This document shows positions 62,927 to 64,000 of a DNA stretch of 64,000 nucleotides, one piece after another. A model generated the notes under the pieces. It was given only the letters and a program-made list of their open reading frames with translations. It had not been told where the DNA came from and did not search any database. Both the position numbers and the translations under genes were made by a program. Every line of letters begins with the position of its first letter. The first letter of the stretch is position 1. Origin of the DNA: Pocillopora damicornis (taxonomy: Eukaryota); assembly GCF_003704095.1 (NCBI RefSeq), contig NW_020846086.1:372001-436000 (forward strand), written 5' to 3'.

Positions 62927-63080
62927 TAATAGCATGATTTCCAATGCAAGTTGGTGTTAATAAGCACAAATAAATTTTTCAAAGACAACAACATTGCAGG
63001 GCAAGTGTAATTTGTAGTCAGAAAAATTTACAAGTGCATGTTAACACCAAATTGCACGACAAATCATATTTTTACTATTT
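62927..63080. repeat. Foldback/palindromic interspersed repeat
   Basis: TTGGTGTTAA (62951-62960) / TTAACACCAA (63041-63050) inside longer imperfect arms (ATGATTT...TGCAA / TTGCA...AAATCAT). Confidence 0.6.
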
Positions 63081-63833
63081 AATAATATACATCACAGAAA
63101 ATTAAAATAGACGACATTTTGACGGCGCGCTTGCTATTGTTACAACTTTGCACTCGTATTGCCACCAAATATGTATTCGTTCTCAGCCAATACGAAGCGC
63201 GTGATTTCTTCATGTAGGTTATTATACCACATAAAGACAGTTTTTGGAGACAAATCAGATTCATGTGTCCTCAATATCCTTTAGTTACTGACGTCACTTC
63301 TTTTCACAGAAATTGACCTGAAAGCATTTTCACACGCACGCCAGTATTCAAAGAAACAACCTACTAAGTATAACATGACAGTTTATTTTTAAGCAAAATC
63401 ATGGTGTCCTCTTCACTAATTTAAATATTACATTAGTCTCAAAACAGTTAAGGGGAACTTTCAAAGGATAGGATAAAGGTATCTTCTGTTATCAAGCCGA
63501 TCGATCCATGTTTTACATTACTATCGATTATCGATTTACATTAACTCATCTCTTGTATTACTTATCTCATAAATCTTTTTCTTGAATATTTTACTCTTCA
63601 TGCAGTTAAGTCCAAAGGCTTACTTTACAAAGGTGCACGGTCTAAGAGACGTAATGGACTCGAATAAGACTAACGAACTCTGTTTTCATGTCGTTCATCG
63701 TTTCTAGAGTCCTTCGAATCAAAATACGACACTTTACTCGGCCTTCTGTCGTTTTATGGCTGCTTAGCAAGCTTATTCTGGCTACTTTTTGCATTTATTA
63801 TCACTGTTAGTCCTTTTTTTTTTCAATTCACTG

Positions 63834-64000
63834 TTAGTTCTCAACGGAGGACGGTACTCCTCCATTAGCCCCGTTTGAAGGCAGTTCAGACAACTGAAAC
63901 TCGGTCCTCTGCTCATAGACGTTTCCATTTCTGGAGTTCTTTTCAACTGCCAGCTCAAACGGCGTTTTAGCTCTCATCGTGCCACTTGGCTCAAATTTTT
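63834..64000 (-). CDS. Possible terminal coding exon of a neighbouring gene entering from the right edge; product unknown
   Basis: Open frame KFEPSGTMRAKTPFELAVEKNSRNGNVYEQRTEFQLSELPSNGANGGVPSSVEN* with raised GC, and AATAAA on the minus strand ~40 bp past the stop. Confidence 0.4.
   Translation of the reverse strand, partial: KFEPSGTMRAKTPFELAVEKNSRNGNVYEQRTEFQLSELPSNGANGGVPSSVEN

Overview
AT-rich, intron-containing animal genomic DNA, most likely a cnidarian (stony-coral-like; this is inferred from gene and repeat style). It has four assembly gaps. The left half (1-29 kb) is a gene-sparse ANTP homeobox cluster: the 3' end of an NK-like/Nedx gene (+), a two-exon Dlx gene (-) and a second, complete Nedx-like gene (-), separated by 10-15 kb non-coding tracts. 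The right half is a compact housekeeping block: a 5-exon RETSAT (+), a 5-exon plastin/fimbrin (-) whose intron 2 carries a 5'-truncated LINE, and a head-to-head GOLGA4/golgin-245 (+) with a ~5 kb exon, a GC-AG intron and a C-terminal GRIP domain. A possible last exon of another gene lies at the right edge. There are many short non-autonomous elements, including TTAA-flanked MITEs (one nested), foldback MITEs and a degenerate SINE. The most unusual signal is two adjacent 20/24-bp palindromic inserts near 30.05-30.11 kb, each flanked by an exact 7-bp direct repeat, next to a decayed transposon-like ORF just upstream of RETSAT. Exon boundaries were read by eye using GT/AG sites and frame continuity; no database searches were run.
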